From Anthoceros angustus (lineage: Eukaryota; Plantae; Anthocerotophyta), in contig VJWM01000025.1 in assembly GCA_010909165.1 (NCBI GenBank), positions 2,046,001 to 2,110,000 on the forward strand: a DNA stretch of 64,000 nucleotides. Reading direction: 5' to 3'. Below, piece by piece: positions 36,991 through 50,274 of the stretch; positions within the stretch are counted from its first letter, which is position 1, and the number at the start of each line of letters is the position of its first letter. The notes below the pieces were generated by a model that saw nothing but the letters and a program-made list of their open reading frames with translations, did no database searches and had not been told where the DNA came from. Position numbers and translations under genes: made by a program.

Positions 36991-38733
36991 TAGACAACAG
37001 AGAGCAAGCCCCAGTAATACCGAAATTAGTGCATACATATACTTGGGTACGACTACATTCAATGGTCCGCTGGAAGACGTAGATATAGCTATCGGAAACT
37101 TGCAGTCATAGGTCAAGCCTGGATCATCCGTTGTGACTGTTGCCAAATCCTGGAAATAGCAAGCTGCGCCCTGCTGACCCTGTGCTTGATAATAGCTGTT
37201 GAAGGCGAAGGAGGCATTACTGTCCATGATCACGCTTAAGTCATGGCAGGACCCTCCATCTTCTAGGACTGTACAATCTCCACCGTGAGAGCACGCATAA
37301 TCGACATTGCCTTGTACACTGCTGACATTAATGGGTTCACTTTTTAGAACGCACCACTTCCTATCCAGGTACTTCACATGAGCACTAACAAGAGGAAAGT
37401 TCAAGCCTTGGCCTGATAAGTCAAGCGAGTATTTCGCCTGTCCAGCGTAGTCAAAAATACCCCAGTGTCTTTCGAAGTTGCCAGGCAAAGTACTCTTTGC
37501 ATCTTCGTCAAGAAGTCCGAAAAGGTAGAAGTCAAAAAATGTGTTGGGGTGCCTAGGAGTGCCCTTCAACTGGAAAGAGTGATCGAGTAAACCTTGATTG
37601 AACTTCTGAGCATTGTCAAGAGTTGCACTCGCTTCACCGTCTGTAGGCCAGCCAATTTCTCCCAAGACTATGGGCATACCGGCTGCTCCCAGACTAGCCA
37701 GGGCATTTGCAACCGAGTCAATGCTGGCCTCCAGCACATTTGTGTACGTGTAGTCTCCATCAGAAAAGGCAGCACTGCTATCACCACTGAAGAATGCAAA
37801 ATCCTTCGGAAAATGAGGATCCTCGACGAGACTCAAATACGGGTAGAGATTGACCATGAAAGGGGAGCCGTGCTGGCTGAGCAGTGAAACAACGTTAGTC
37901 ATGACTTTAGTATACTCATTCTTGATAAATGTTTGACTAGGGAGATTTGACTCGGCTGAGAGCACGTCAGCATTCATAGGCACCACAACCTTCACAACAC
38001 CTTGCAACTCCGCCTCGTTAATAGCCTGCTGCACATTCTTCAAGGCAGGTAGGACCAATCGGATAAATCGGCCACCATAACTTGCCAAAAATGGCTCGTT
38101 CCCTATTGCAACATACCTACATGAAAACACCTGGAAGATGAGAACAACATCTGAACAAGAAAAAGTTATCTAGTTATCTCATGCAAAATTCAACAAGAAA
38201 CTCAATTCGCAATGACGCAAGCGGGCATACAGGCTAGAAAAACAGGCTTGGCGGCTCTGCTCTCCGTTACCTAACCAGCAAACTACTCCGGTCTCTGAAT
38301 TCAAGCAAGCCTGACAGTAAAGCAATTCCCAAGGCTGTGAAGAGGATAAGGAGACAATGGAAAGCACGAAAGGGAGAATCGAAACTTACGCGATGTTCAC
38401 ATGTTTCCTTTCTCTGTAGTAGGACACATTGTACTTCACCCATGCCCTGGCGTGATCAAGGCTCTGCAAAGTTTGCAGCATATCATTCGGAGCACCTACC
38501 GTCACTTCAAGTCCACTCGATTCAAAAGCGTTGAGCACTTTTTCATCCGCATCGAAGAGCTTCACTTTCGTGAAGTTGTTGTCCTTAAGGAGCTGAATCA
38601 CCGACTTCTCTGGTAGTTTCCGTGTAGCAATAGTTCCCCAGTTCACACCAATAGCCTGCGCTGAACACAATGGTAGCGTAGCCAGCACCGCAAACAGCAC
38701 ACAAATCCACGCCGGACTCGTCAACCTCTCCAT
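36973..38733 (-). CDS. Glucan endo-1,3-beta-glucosidase (GH17) with X8 domain and GPI-type tail, copy G1 (495 aa)
   Basis: Exons 38733-38390 and 38116-36973, GT-AG intron, open frame; signal peptide, IGVNWG, AIGNEPF, VLGEIGWPT, FERHWGIF, X8 WCV...DYAC...DC...FAFNSYYQ, hydrophobic C-terminus. Confidence 0.93.
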
Positions 38734-40859
38734 TTCGCGGATACAACACCTCCGGATCAGATTTGTGTCCAAGCCTTTGAATCCCGAAGCTGTTGGACAG
38801 CAGTGCAGAGACGTCAACCATCAGGCAGCAGAAACAAGCGCAGAATGTAAAATGCAGCGTGCAAAGCACGAGATCACCAACCAACAATGTTGGAGAAAGG
38901 AGCATTGCATTGTACCTTTACTGTGCCAGGATGCAGCACAGCTCCTCCTACAAATCAAAGCGACAGAAATAGTACGAGACGAGGCTGAGAAGAGCTCCGA
39001 TCCACAACCAGGCGCAGCAGCGTATGCACAGAGCCGAGCACGGAAGCGAAAGAAGACGCGCGGAAACACGCTTTCAAATACTGCGGAGCACCTATCTACT
39101 ATATCTGGCGTCGCGGGGACAGAGGGCGGGGGTGCGCGGAGGCCGAGAGGATCTTCGATGCACGACCAGAGCAGCGGCCTATGGACAGGGGCGAACACAG
39201 AAGTGAAAGCAGAAGCGAGGAAACACGCGGTGAACTGCTGCCTTGCCATGCGGCCATGCAAGAGAGTACATACTACGCGTAGTTTTCATTTTCATTATTT
39301 ATTATTTATATTTATCGTGTTGGGATGGATCGATTCGTGTTTCACGTGTCTAACCGTTCAGAGTAGGAGTAGCCCCGTAGGACTCTTACGGTGTGCGGGG
39401 ACGAGGGCAGGATTTCATTTACAGGCAGTCATCGTGTGGGGACCACGGCAAGATAAACACAACCATATACAGGGAACTGAAAAATAAATATATTTTTTAT
39501 TATTTAAGTTTTTAAATAATAAATATATATTATGAGTGAAAGTTATTATGGTATAGTAGATTTATATCATTGAATGGAATTAAAAAAAAGTAAATTGTAT
39601 GTGCATTCTTGGTATTAGTGTATGGAATACCGATTTGGTCACTTGGCATCGTGTATATGCCACGACATCTTTTAGATACTTGCATATAATACACATATAA
39701 TACGTGCCTCATCAGCTTCTGTAGGTTCGTATGCAGGGCAAAAACTTTCTATGTCACGATGATAGTTTGGTGTTCTGATTGTGTCATGCACATGTTTTCT
39801 TGTTTAAGGTTTTAGTGTTCTGATCACCACACATACATGTTAAACAGGCGGCCAAGACACACATACTGCTCCTCCATAGGGGGCAGGCCTAGGAAACGTT
39901 GCAGCCTTGTATGCAGCTAGTGCCAAACACTGCAGCCTTGCACGTAAGGGCAATCGCACTCAGCCGCACCGCAAATACAGACGATGAGTGCAGCGCAAAC
40001 GTAATTGCAAACGGTAAGCAGCCAATTGCTCACATATGGCGCCCAGTGCCTCAATGGTGCAGCAACGCAAATGACCCTGAACGCAATCCTAAACTCGAGG
40101 GAAGAAAAGTTTTTGTGTATCGTGGAAGCTTTGTGTGCATCATGGGGTAGGTTGATGACATCGGTACACCGAGGGGCCGCAGCCCCGACCGATGTGGTTA
40201 TACGTGACATACCGAAATAGTTCCCACGTATGCGGCGGGACTATTTCTTTCTGTCCACAACCCTAAAAAATGTGGATACCATGTGACCAGATCGGTATTC
40301 CATATTAGTGTGTCAGTTGAGATGTTAAAAAAATGGAATGAAATGGAACACCCAGATAGATAAAAGGACGCTGACTGAATCGAATATAATGTTGTACCAA
40401 TCTCAGTTTTAGAATAATATGTAGATTGAAAAAATAATGTTTGACTGTAAAAACCCTCTCTTTGATTTGATCGCTCGTTTTTCCGATTAATTCGCCTCGT
40501 ACTTTTACGTTCTCTCAAAATTTGAATGAAGTTTTGAAGTAAAGAAACTAGATATAATGGTTCAATTTGAATGGTAATTCTGAATCAAAGCCTATAGAAG
40601 CCTGTTGGAGCCCTGGAATCTCTGGCGCTCAGACTTTGCTACTTCTCAGTCTCTGTTTTACACTTTGCTAAAACTGTGGACAGCGAAGAGGAGTCGGTTG
40701 TGTTGGGCGACGAGCTCAGGATCTTACGGTCAAACTTGTGGACGTGTCGAATGCATACTTGGGGAACCATAGCTGCCCTTCAAGCTTGAGCATTTGCTGC
40801 CGCCTTGGAATCTGGAAGAACAGTGCACTGTGATGTAGTGCAGAGTGGCGTAACTTGTT

Positions 40860-41560
40860 TGCAAAGGATGTGGTGACATGGAATGCCCTGATTGCTGGGT
40901 ATACCGAGCGAGGGCCCGGACATGAGGCGCCTATTGCGTATGGACAAATGTTTCTTTGCTTGCCTCCCTAAGGCCAATGCAAGCAAGCACTGGTGCCTGC
41001 AGAAGGACCGACAGCTGCACTTGATGATAGTTGAAAGGATTGCTGGACAAAGTAAAGATGGGCAACTGCCAGGTGAACATGTATGCAAAATGTGGCGAAC
41101 TGAAAGATGCACGCCAGGTTTTTGACAGCATGGTCACAAGGGATGCGGTGACATGGAATGACCTGATAGCGGATATGCACAGCAAAGACGGGCAGTCGGC
41201 ATGTGGCAAGAACAACACATGCATCACCTGGCCAAGTAGCCCTCCCCATTAGAATGCCTCTATAACAGGGATATATGCGTTAGGAGAAGCATAATAAAGC
41301 CACGGGGTCTAGGCAGCCCCCAGTCCGTGGACAGGCTTAAAATTACAGATATGGGCCAGGTTCTTAAAGTCCTGACAAATTAAGCAGCGTCTTCAAACAA
41401 GCAGCCTGAACAGGCCATTGATCTGAATCGTAAGATGCGCCAGTAATCTGGATGGAGGTCCATGTTGACGCGGCAGAAAGTGCAGCTAAGCCTAATGTCT
41501 TCTCTTGTAAACTGCGTGGTGGACATATATGCAAAATGTGGGAGATGCTTAGCTCTTCCC
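40860..41560 (+). pseudogene. PLS-class pentatricopeptide repeat gene fragments
   Basis: KDVVTWNALIAGY; VNMYAKCGELKDARQVFDSMVTRDAVTWNDLIA; LVNCVVDIYAKCG; in broken frames. Confidence 0.75.
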
Positions 41561-41618
41561 TTTGTTGATGCCAGTAGAGTTTCAAACACTGCAGGTCCCA
41601 AGCAAAATTTGGGCACAC

Positions 41619-42717
41619 CTAGGGCACATACAAGGCCATTGATCCGGTAATGGGAACTCTGCAAGTAGGGCAAGTAGTGATCTGTCCCCTCGTTTTCTCT
41701 AAGCACGAGTTGCAAAGCAGGAAATGAAAGCAAGGTAAGATGACGATGTCCCTGGCCTGCGCGAAGGATAACGTGCACATACTTTTCTGCTGCTCTGCCT
41801 CCAGGTCCCCTTGCAGCGTGTTCCTGTTGCGCTCAAGTTCCATGATCTCGTCCCCATGGCTAAGTGCAGCCGTTCGCAGCTTGGCGTTGTCCTCCTCCAG
41901 CCTCCACAGATCCGCAGCGACAACCGCATCCCGTGCCTCCCTCTCCTGCAACAGTGCCGCCTGCTCTCTCTTCCTCACGCTCTCCTTCCCCTTCTCCCCC
42001 AGCCGCACCACGGCCATGGCGCTGGAGCGGAGGGTATCAAGGTCCTCCAGCCTCATCCCCCCGCCCCCGCTTCCGCTTCCGCTCCCGCTCCCGCCGCTCT
42101 CTTGCAATGCTTCCAGTTTTTCCGTGGCCGCATGCAACGCCCCCTGCAGACACAGCAATTCTGCACACGGCAAGCACCAACATCAATATCAATTTCGTTG
42201 TCTCTCCTCCGTCTGGAGCCCGTTTAGCACAAGAGAGGAAGGTTACCTCTAAACGTGCAGGCGTGCGAACATCCACCACCTCATTCCCATCCGCCACCTC
42301 ATTCCGCCTTCCTAGTTTGGTCAGCTCGCTCTGCTGCCGGCTGAACTCACGCTCGTCCAGCTCGTTGCGGAGCAATTGAAACTCGTCCTTAGCCTGCTTC
42401 CTCCTCGACATCGGTCCGCATACCTGGCCGCATCGCCCGATGCGGCCTTCCGCATCGATTTTCTGGCCAAGGACGTTAGTGTCGTCTACGCTCTCTGTGC
42501 TCGTCTTTCAAAAGGTGAAGCTTGTCACCTCCTCAAACCGAGCCGACCAAATGGGGTGCTCGGCGACCTGCAATTCCCTCTCTCGTCTAGCCAAGGCCCT
42601 CAGTTCGGTCTCCGCCACCCACAGGATAGCTTTCTGTTTCTCGAAACTCTTCTCCACCTCCTGGTCGGACAACAGCTTTAGGTCCGTCAGCAGCCTGTCC
42701 TCCACCTTACCCGCCAT
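41619..42717 (-). pseudogene. Coiled-coil + RING-HC gene, copy R2 (best preserved; 5' half frame-disrupted)
   Basis: ATG at 42717 (MAGKVEDRLLTDLKL); C-terminus CTLSF..RDIVILPCFHFLLCNSC...CPTCRVPI with the 2nd Cys replaced by Ser; stop at 42508. Unrecognised introns cannot be excluded. Confidence 0.7.
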
Positions 42718-43556
42718 TCCTCGCCAGCCACAATGCAAACCCCACTATCCTCACAAGCAGGGCATGACAAGGGAAGGGACGCAAGGCGAGGTAGCAGGAG
42801 CTCGGCAGGAGCTGGAATTCAACTTGAATCACTTGCATATTATATTACAAAAACACGCCGTTTACCCGCCCTTTCCCATCGCCATTAGGCCACGAGTACG
42901 GCCTCAAAAGCCACGTCATCGCGGATGACAGCCTCCAAGTTTCATTCACAGGACGGCTCTCCGGGAGTTCATGCTCAAGACTCTGTCGAGCCTAACCGTG
43001 TGAGAGAGAAAGCACTGCTCAAAATTTAGCTAGATCTGTATAGACACCCTGCAAATCACATGATGTTTGTGTGGCTTCTGAAAGCATGTGAAAGAATCCT
43101 GATAGCATGTAAAAGCATCTGGGCCAGCTTGCTGATGGACAAAAATGCCAAGAAATGTGGCGACTTGGACTAAGCCGAGAAGCGCTCTCTTGTGTATGCA
43201 AGCACGCAGCAGGAGGGCATGGCTCCAGCTTACAGTAAATCCGTTTGATAGATTTCTAGAGCGTTCGAGGCATCTGTCTGGATACAGTTTATTTCTGTTA
43301 GGCTCCCCTTCCGCTCGCCTCGCTAGTCTCCCTGGACACAGAGCGAGTAATTAGGATCCCGTCGTAAATCAGTTCAGGGCTTCACAATTCTGATAGATGG
43401 TCGTCAGGACAGCAAGACATACATTCCCAGCAACGTGACCCAGAGGAAATTCTCACCAGAGCCGGTTTCAGGTGCTGCCCTTGGCCGTCTGGTGCAATGC
43501 ATTGCAGGCTCTGTCGTGTTGGAAAGCTGCAACAAACATGGAGGGGTTATATATCA

Positions 43557-44271
43557 CTATGGAGTAAACTTGCAACATCCTTGAGTCTTGCCAGCTTTTT
43601 CCTGTCGTTCTCGAACTTCTGTTGCAAATTCATACCTAATTCTGGAAATACGCAACAACTGTTACCCTCCAATTGCAAACATGGAACGTAGGTGCCACAG
43701 GCAAGATCACAAGAGCAAATCTTACCATTTCGTCGCTGCTCACGTCGTCCAATTTGGTAGAAGTCGAGTTCTGTTTCCCCCGCTTTCTTCTGGCAGCCCT
43801 TTCAAGTACAGCAGCAGACGACACAGCACCCCCTTGTAAACCGCGCCGTCTGCGTCGGCACCCTTCTCTCTCCCGCCTTTATTCACAACCAGAGTCCAAC
43901 CATCTGCAGCAGCAGCAGCAGCAGCTGCCTCCCTCTCCGCTGAAGCCTGCAAGTCACCCATCACTGACTAAGCAAAAAGAACCAGCTCTGCATCCCCTAC
44001 AGCACACAGAAATGAATGGAACATGCAGAGGAAGCAGAGAAATTCACTTGTTCTTCACGGGCATCATACTGCAAACATGAATTCCGTCAATTACCTGCTG
44101 CAAGGTTTGTGGATCACGGCTCTCGGCGTAATACTCGGCCAGCCATTCTGCGAGGACGAGAAACATTGGTCATTCCAAACCTAAACCAGCCAAAATCCAA
44201 CGTCATCTGCTTAAAGCCTTACCCTCCATGCCCGCAGGAGCCTCATCCTTGACTGCCCTAATCACCACCAT
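43557..44271 (-). pseudogene. RRP7: Ribosomal RNA-processing protein 7-like pseudogene, copy 1
   Basis: WLAEYY..SRDPQTLQQVID..QYDAREEQ; AAADGWTLVVNKGGREK; AVSSAAVLERAARRK; LDFYQ..RREQRRN; QQKFENDR....L...CKFTP. Matches the RRP7 C-terminal domain pattern; frameshifts present. Confidence 0.8.
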
Positions 44272-44485
44272 CCCTAATCTCTGACGGCTGCACAGCAGCA
44301 TCAGTGGACGCCATCTCCCTACTACGGACCATAGCGGGGTAAGCGTTCACGCTCCAAGTACATATATTCTAATAAAGTACAGTGAAGTTGTATTCCCGGT
44401 CGCCTAGCCCGCCTAGCCCGCCTAGCCTTGCCTGCCGGATGCAGCGTCAGGATACTGGCCAGCTCTGCATTGCAGATGCCGAGGA

Positions 44486-45290
44486 ATGGGGGGTGAGGAG
44501 GAGGCCGGGCTGGCTGCCGACCTGAAGCTCATGTCAGACCACGAGCAGAAAGGAATTTGATGTATCGTAGGGCCAGATTGATGGTCTTGGCAAGGCGTGA
44601 GAGGGGAGGCGGCAATCGCCGAATCGCCGGTCATCGACGAATTGCGGTCCAACACAAGTAAATCCAAAAACATACGGGAGAAGAGACGGAAGGGGAGGAG
44701 ACGGAGGGAGGTGGGGGATGCTCACAGGCCTGCACCCGCAAGAGCCACGGGGTGCAGGGAGCATGCCTCTCTGCAGGAGGCGATGCATGTGGCGATGGGA
44801 AAGCTGGAAGCCCTACAAAAGAGTGGCGGGGAAGGGATGATGTTGGAGGAGCTTGATGACCTGGATTGCAGTGCCATGGCCGTGATGCAACAAGTGAAGA
44901 AGGGGAAGGAGAGCGTGAGGGAGGCAAGGGATGTGGTTGTGGCTGCCGAGCTGCGGAGGCTGAAGGAGGAGAACGGCCAGCTGCTAGACATTGTGACGTA
45001 TGACCGGACGGCTGCACTTAGGCATGGGTATGCGGTTTTGCACCTTGAGCACGACCAGAAGACGCTGCGTGCTGGAGAGAAAAGTGCAATATATCACGGA
45101 ACTTGAGCCCGACAGGAGCAAGCTTGAGGAGGAACTCGAGGCAGAGCAGGAGAAGTGTATGTGCAAAATCTGCTTTGTGCAGGCCAGGAACACAGTCATC
45201 TTACCTTCCTTGCATTTCCTGTTTTGCAAGTAGTGTATGGAGCTGCATAGAGACGGGACTCTTCCTTGCCCGACCTGCAGAGAGAGAGAG
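44486..45290 (+). pseudogene. Coiled-coil + RING-HC gene, copy R3
   Basis: KLEALQKSGGEGMMLEELDDL; frameshift near 45085; MCKICFVQARNTVILPSLHFLFCK-stop-CMEL...CPTCR. Confidence 0.78.
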
Positions 45291-45763
45291 CGAGGGAGTA
45301 TTTTGTAGAGAGTCTCGCACGAAGACCACGCTCGAGGGAGGTCGGCGCGCCCAGGTAGACTGACAACTGGTCGCACAGCGTAGAAACGTTTACCTTGACA
45401 CGAGCCTGCTAGGCTGAGCTTTTTTTGATGTGCAATGAACGCCCCGTTTGCAGCCTTTGTAATGTGGACATTCGTCTTAAGGGTCTGACTGGTAAGGGTG
45501 ACTAGTGGTTCCTTGATTTTGTTTTCTTGTTCCTGGGCATGGTAGATCAAACTTGTGAGTGGGATGGGCTCACGATTCTTGAGAAACTTATCACATGCAC
45601 AAGCTGCCTTCTCACCTGTGCTACTCTCTCTATTCCTCAGCTGCTGTAGCATTCATGTGATTGCAAATGGGGAGATATTGCTTGATCCAAGCCGTCTGGT
45701 GCAGTCACTGGCATTGCAGGCTCTGTTGAGTTTGAAAGGTGCAAACGTGGCGGGGTTATATGA

Positions 45764-46379
45764 TTAGTATGGAGTAAACTTGCAAGCAGCCCTGAGTCTT
45801 GCCAGCTTTCTCCATTCGTTGTCATTCTCAAACTTCTGTTGCAAATTCGCAAGAACTGTTAGCCTCCAAAGATGGAACGCAGGTGCCACAGGCAAGATCA
45901 CGAGAGCAGATCTTACCATTTTGTCGCTGCTCGCGTCGTGGAAATTGGTAGAAGGAGAGTGTTGTTTCTGCCGCCTTCACCCGTCTTCCTCCCCCCTTCA
46001 TTCGCAACCAGAGTCCAACCGTATGCAGCAGCAGCTGCCGCCCTCTCCGCTCTAGCCTGCAAGTCACCATCACCGAGTAAGCGAAAAAACACAGCCCTGC
46101 ATCTCCTACAGCACATTGAAATGATAGAGCATGGAGAGGAACAGACGAACCAACTTGTTCTTCACGGGCATACTGCAAGATGAATTCGTCAGTTTCCCGC
46201 TGCAAGGTTTCTGGATCACGCCCCTCGGCGCAATACTCAGCCAGACACTCAGCCAGTCAGGACGAGAAAAATTGCGCATTCCAAACCTAAAGCAGCAAAG
46301 AATCCAACGTCGTCTGTTCAACGCCTCTCTCCATGACCGTAGGAGCTGCCTCATCCTTGACTGCCCTAATCACCACCAT
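45764..46379 (-). pseudogene. RRP7: RRP7-like pseudogene, copy 2
   Basis: TLQRETDEFILQYAREEQ; AAAYGWTLVANEGGRK; FYQFPRREQRQN; final exon LQQKFEND...LARLRAACKFTPY-stop; internal deletion and frameshift. Confidence 0.8.
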
Positions 46380-46561
46380 CCCTAATCTCTGACGACTGCA
46401 CGGCAGCCGTCAGTGGACGCCATTTCCCCGTCCTTAATTACGCTCCGAGTAAGTATTCACGCTGCGACTGAATATAGGGGTCATTCCAGATCTGCCTAGC
46501 CGTTGATCTGCAGTGGGATGCAGCGTGAGGATACTGGGCTGTGAATTGTAGCTGCCGAGGA

Positions 46562-47605
46562 ATCGCGGGTGAGGAGGAGCGCGGGCTGGCTGCGGACTTG
46601 AAGCTGTCAGACAAGGAGCTGGGGGAGACGTTCGAGGAGCAGGAAGCTGGAATTTTGTGTGTCGCGGGGCCAGTCTGATGATCTTGGTGATCGACGACCG
46701 AAATCGAAAGCTTTCAATTGGTCGGCCAGGTTTGCGGAGGCCAGATCAAGAACGGCGCAGGCTACGAACAAGCTTCAACTCATCCGCAACAAGCGCAGAG
46801 AGCATGACCGCAGCGGGGAGCAGCGCGACCGGTTTTATCCGGTCCAAAAGCAGAAAAAAACGGGAGCAGTGGCAGCGAGCCCTGCAAAGAAGACGGATGA
46901 AGGTGGGGGATGCTCACAGGCCTGCAGGTTTACAGCTCCGGATTCCTTCCTTGTCCTGCAAAGGGGCCCCAGTTGGAGAACGGCATGAATGTGGATGTTT
47001 GTGGTGTGTGCAGAACCAGCGAACCCTCAAGGCGCAGAGCGGGCGGGGGCCACGGGGGTGCAGGGAGCACGTTTGTCTCCAGGACGCGTTACATGCGGCG
47101 AGGGGAAAGCTGGAAACCTTACAAGAGAGCGGCGGGGAAGGGATGAAGTTGAAGGAGTTTGATGACCTAGGTTCAAGTGCGATGGCCGTGATGCAGATAG
47201 TGAAGTGAAGGAGGAAGGAGAGGCTGAGGGAAAGAGAGCAGGCCGCGCTGTTATACTTGCAAGATTGCTCATACGCTATATCTTAATGCAGCTCGGCCAG
47301 AAATACTGATGCCAATTGGCATGAGTATTTCCGGAAGACGCTGTGTGAGGAAGGGCAAAGAAAAGAGCATTATACTGAGGAACTTGAGTTCGATAAGGTC
47401 ACGCTCCTTGAGGAACTGGAGGCAGAGCGGGAGAAGCCAGGAACACCGTCATCTCACCTTATTTTCATTTCCTGTTTTGCAACTCATGCATGGTTCTGCA
47501 CAGAGACCGGACCATTACTTTCCCTACTTGCAGAGTCCCCATCACTGGATCGATGGTCTTCAAACTGATGGTCTTCAAGCTGCTGCACTATTAGACCTGA
47601 CCTGA
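46562..47605 (+). pseudogene. Coiled-coil + RING-HC gene, copy R4
   Basis: Start codon position reads ATC; GTGAAGTGAAG stop; segment encoding the first CxxC deleted (gagcgggag-aagccaggaacacc). Confidence 0.75.
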
Positions 47606-49347
47606 AGCTGGACAGCAGACAGCAAGCACCAGTAAAACCGCAAACAGTGCATACATGTAGTTGGGTACCCCTGAATTCGATGGGCCGCTTGAAGACGTAG
47701 ATATAGATATCGGAAACTTGCAGTCATAGGTCAAGCCTGGATCATCCTTTGTGACTGTTGCCAAACCCTGGAAATTGCAAGCTGGGCCCTGCTGACCCTG
47801 TGCTTGATAATAGCTGTTGAAGGCGAAGGACGCATTACTATCCATGATCAGGCTTAAGTCATGGCAGGACCCTCCATCTTCTAGGACTGTACAATCTCCA
47901 CCGTGAGAGCACGCATAATCGACATTGCCTTGTACACTGCTGACATTAAAGGGTTCACTTTTTAGAACGCACCACTTCTTATCCAGGTACTTCACATGAG
48001 CACTAACAAGAGGAACGTTCAAGCCTCGGCCTGATAAGTCAAGCGAGTATTTCGCCTGTCCAGCATAGTCAAAAATACCCCAGTGTCTTTCGAAGTTGCC
48101 TGGCAAAGTACTCTTTGCATCTTCGTCAAGAAGTCCGAAAAGGTAGAAGTCAAAAAATGTGTTGGGGTGCCTAGGAGTGCCCTTCAACTGGAAAGAGTGA
48201 TCGAGTAAACCTTGATTGAACTTCTGAGCATTGTCATGAGTTGCACTCGCTTCACCGTCTGTCGGCCAACCAGTTTCTCCCAAGACTATGGGCATACCGG
48301 GTGCTCCCACCCAAGCCAGTGCATTTGCAACCGAGTCAATGCTGGCCTCCAGCACATTTGTGTACGTGTAGTCTCCATCAGAAAAGGCAGCACTGCTACC
48401 ACTGAAGAATGCGAAATCCATCGGAAAATGAGGAACCTGGACGAGAGTCAAATACGGGTAGATATTGACTATGAAAGGGGACCCGTGCTGGCTGAGCAGT
48501 GAAACAATGTTGGTCATAACTTCAGTATACTGCTTCTTGATAAATGTTTGACTAGGGAGATTGGACTCGGATGAGAGCACGTCAGCATTCATGGGCACCA
48601 CAACCTTTACAACACCTTGCAACTCCGCCTCGTTAATAGCCTGCTGCACATTCGTCAAGGCAGGTAAGACGAATGGCACAAAACGGTCGTCATAGCTTGC
48701 CAAAAATGGCTCGTTCCCTATTGCAACATACCTACATAAAAACACCTGGAAGATGAGAACAAGATCTGAACAGGAAGAATCCATCTAGTTATCTCATGCA
48801 AAATTCAACAAGAAACTCAATGTGCAATGACGCCAGCGAGGCATACAGGCTAGAGAACCAGGCTTGCCGGTTCTGCTCTCCAGCTACCTAACTACTCCGT
48901 TCTCTGAATTCAAACAAGCCTGAAAGAAGCAATTCCCAAGGCTGTGACGAGGCGTCTAGATAAGGCCACAATGGAAAGCACGAAAGGGGGAATGGAAGCT
49001 TACGCAATGTTCACATGTTTCTTTTCTCTGTAGTAGGTCACATTGGAGGCCACCCATGCCCTGGCTTGATCGAGGCTCTGCAGATTTTGCAGCATGTCAT
49101 TCGGAGCACCTACCATCACTTCAAGGCCACTCAATTCAAAAGCGTTGAGCACTTTTTCATCCGCATCGAAGAGCTTCACTTTCGTGAAGTTGTTGTCCTT
49201 AAGGAGCTGAATCACCGACTTCTCTGGTAGTTTCCGTGTAGCAATAGTGCCCCAGTTCACACCAATAGCCTGCGCTGAGCACAGTGGCCGCGTGACCAGC
49301 ACCGCAAACAGCACACAAAACCACGCTGGACTCGTAAACCTCTCCAT
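47591..49347 (-). CDS. GH17 beta-1,3-glucanase with X8 and GPI-type tail, copy G2 (494 aa)
   Basis: Exons 49347-49004 and 48731-47591; AIGNEPF, VLGETGWPT, X8 domain, hydrophobic tail; intact frame. Confidence 0.93.
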
Positions 49348-50274
49348 TTCCCGGATTCAACACCTCCGGATCAGATTTTTGTCCAAGCCTTAGAATCCCG
49401 ATCCTGCTGGACAAAAATACAGAGATGTCAACCATCAGGCACAAAAACAAGCGCAGAATGTGAAACGCAGCGTGCAAACCACGAGATGATGTCGAAGAGC
49501 AATCAACAGTGTTGGAGAAATGCGCAGGTTGCATTGTACCTTCACTGTGCCAGGATGCAGCACAGCTCCTCCTACAAATCACAGGTACAGAAACAGTACG
49601 AGATGAGGCTGAGAGGAGCTCCGATCCACGACCAGGCGCACCAGCGTATGCACAGAGCCGAGCACGGAAGCTAAAGAAGACGCGCGGAAACACGCTTGCA
49701 AATACTGAAGAAGCTGCCAGCACCTATCTACTGTATCTGGCGTCGCGGGGCCAGAGGGCAGGGGCGCGCGGAGGCCGAGAGGATCTCCGATTCACGACCA
49801 GAGCAGCAACGTTTGGACAGAGGAGAGCACAGAACTGAAAAGCAGACGCAGGGATACACGCTGTGAACTTCCTACTTCACGTAGTTTTCATTTTCATAGG
49901 CACTACTTGGAGACTTATAATTGTAAATATGCAGAGATGGGAAGTCCATGTACACCGGGGCGAAGGCGATCCTTCTACGATCGCTTTCCTCGGCAATTCC
50001 TTCCCAGACACCCCCTCCTTCGAATTTCCACGTTCGTCCGCTGGAATGCCCTATGTTTCACGCGCGCCATCTCCCTGCCCAGTTTGTTCCTCTGCCAAAA
50101 TACCTGATATGCTCGGGTCACCTCCGTCCTTAGACGTCGTTTCTGCAAATTTCGATATTTCCTCGCTTGACGCGGCTGAGGCACGCTCCTCCTCATCCGA
50201 CCCTATGGTCGTGTCTACCTCCTTCCTTCTTTTCTTTCCCCCCTTCTCTTTTCCTTGGCTTTTGAGCTCCGCGA

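Noticed and set aside
38765-39487. 240-aa plus-strand ORF upstream of G1
   Set aside because: No recognisable motif, and the frame is broken or deleted in the paralogous regions.
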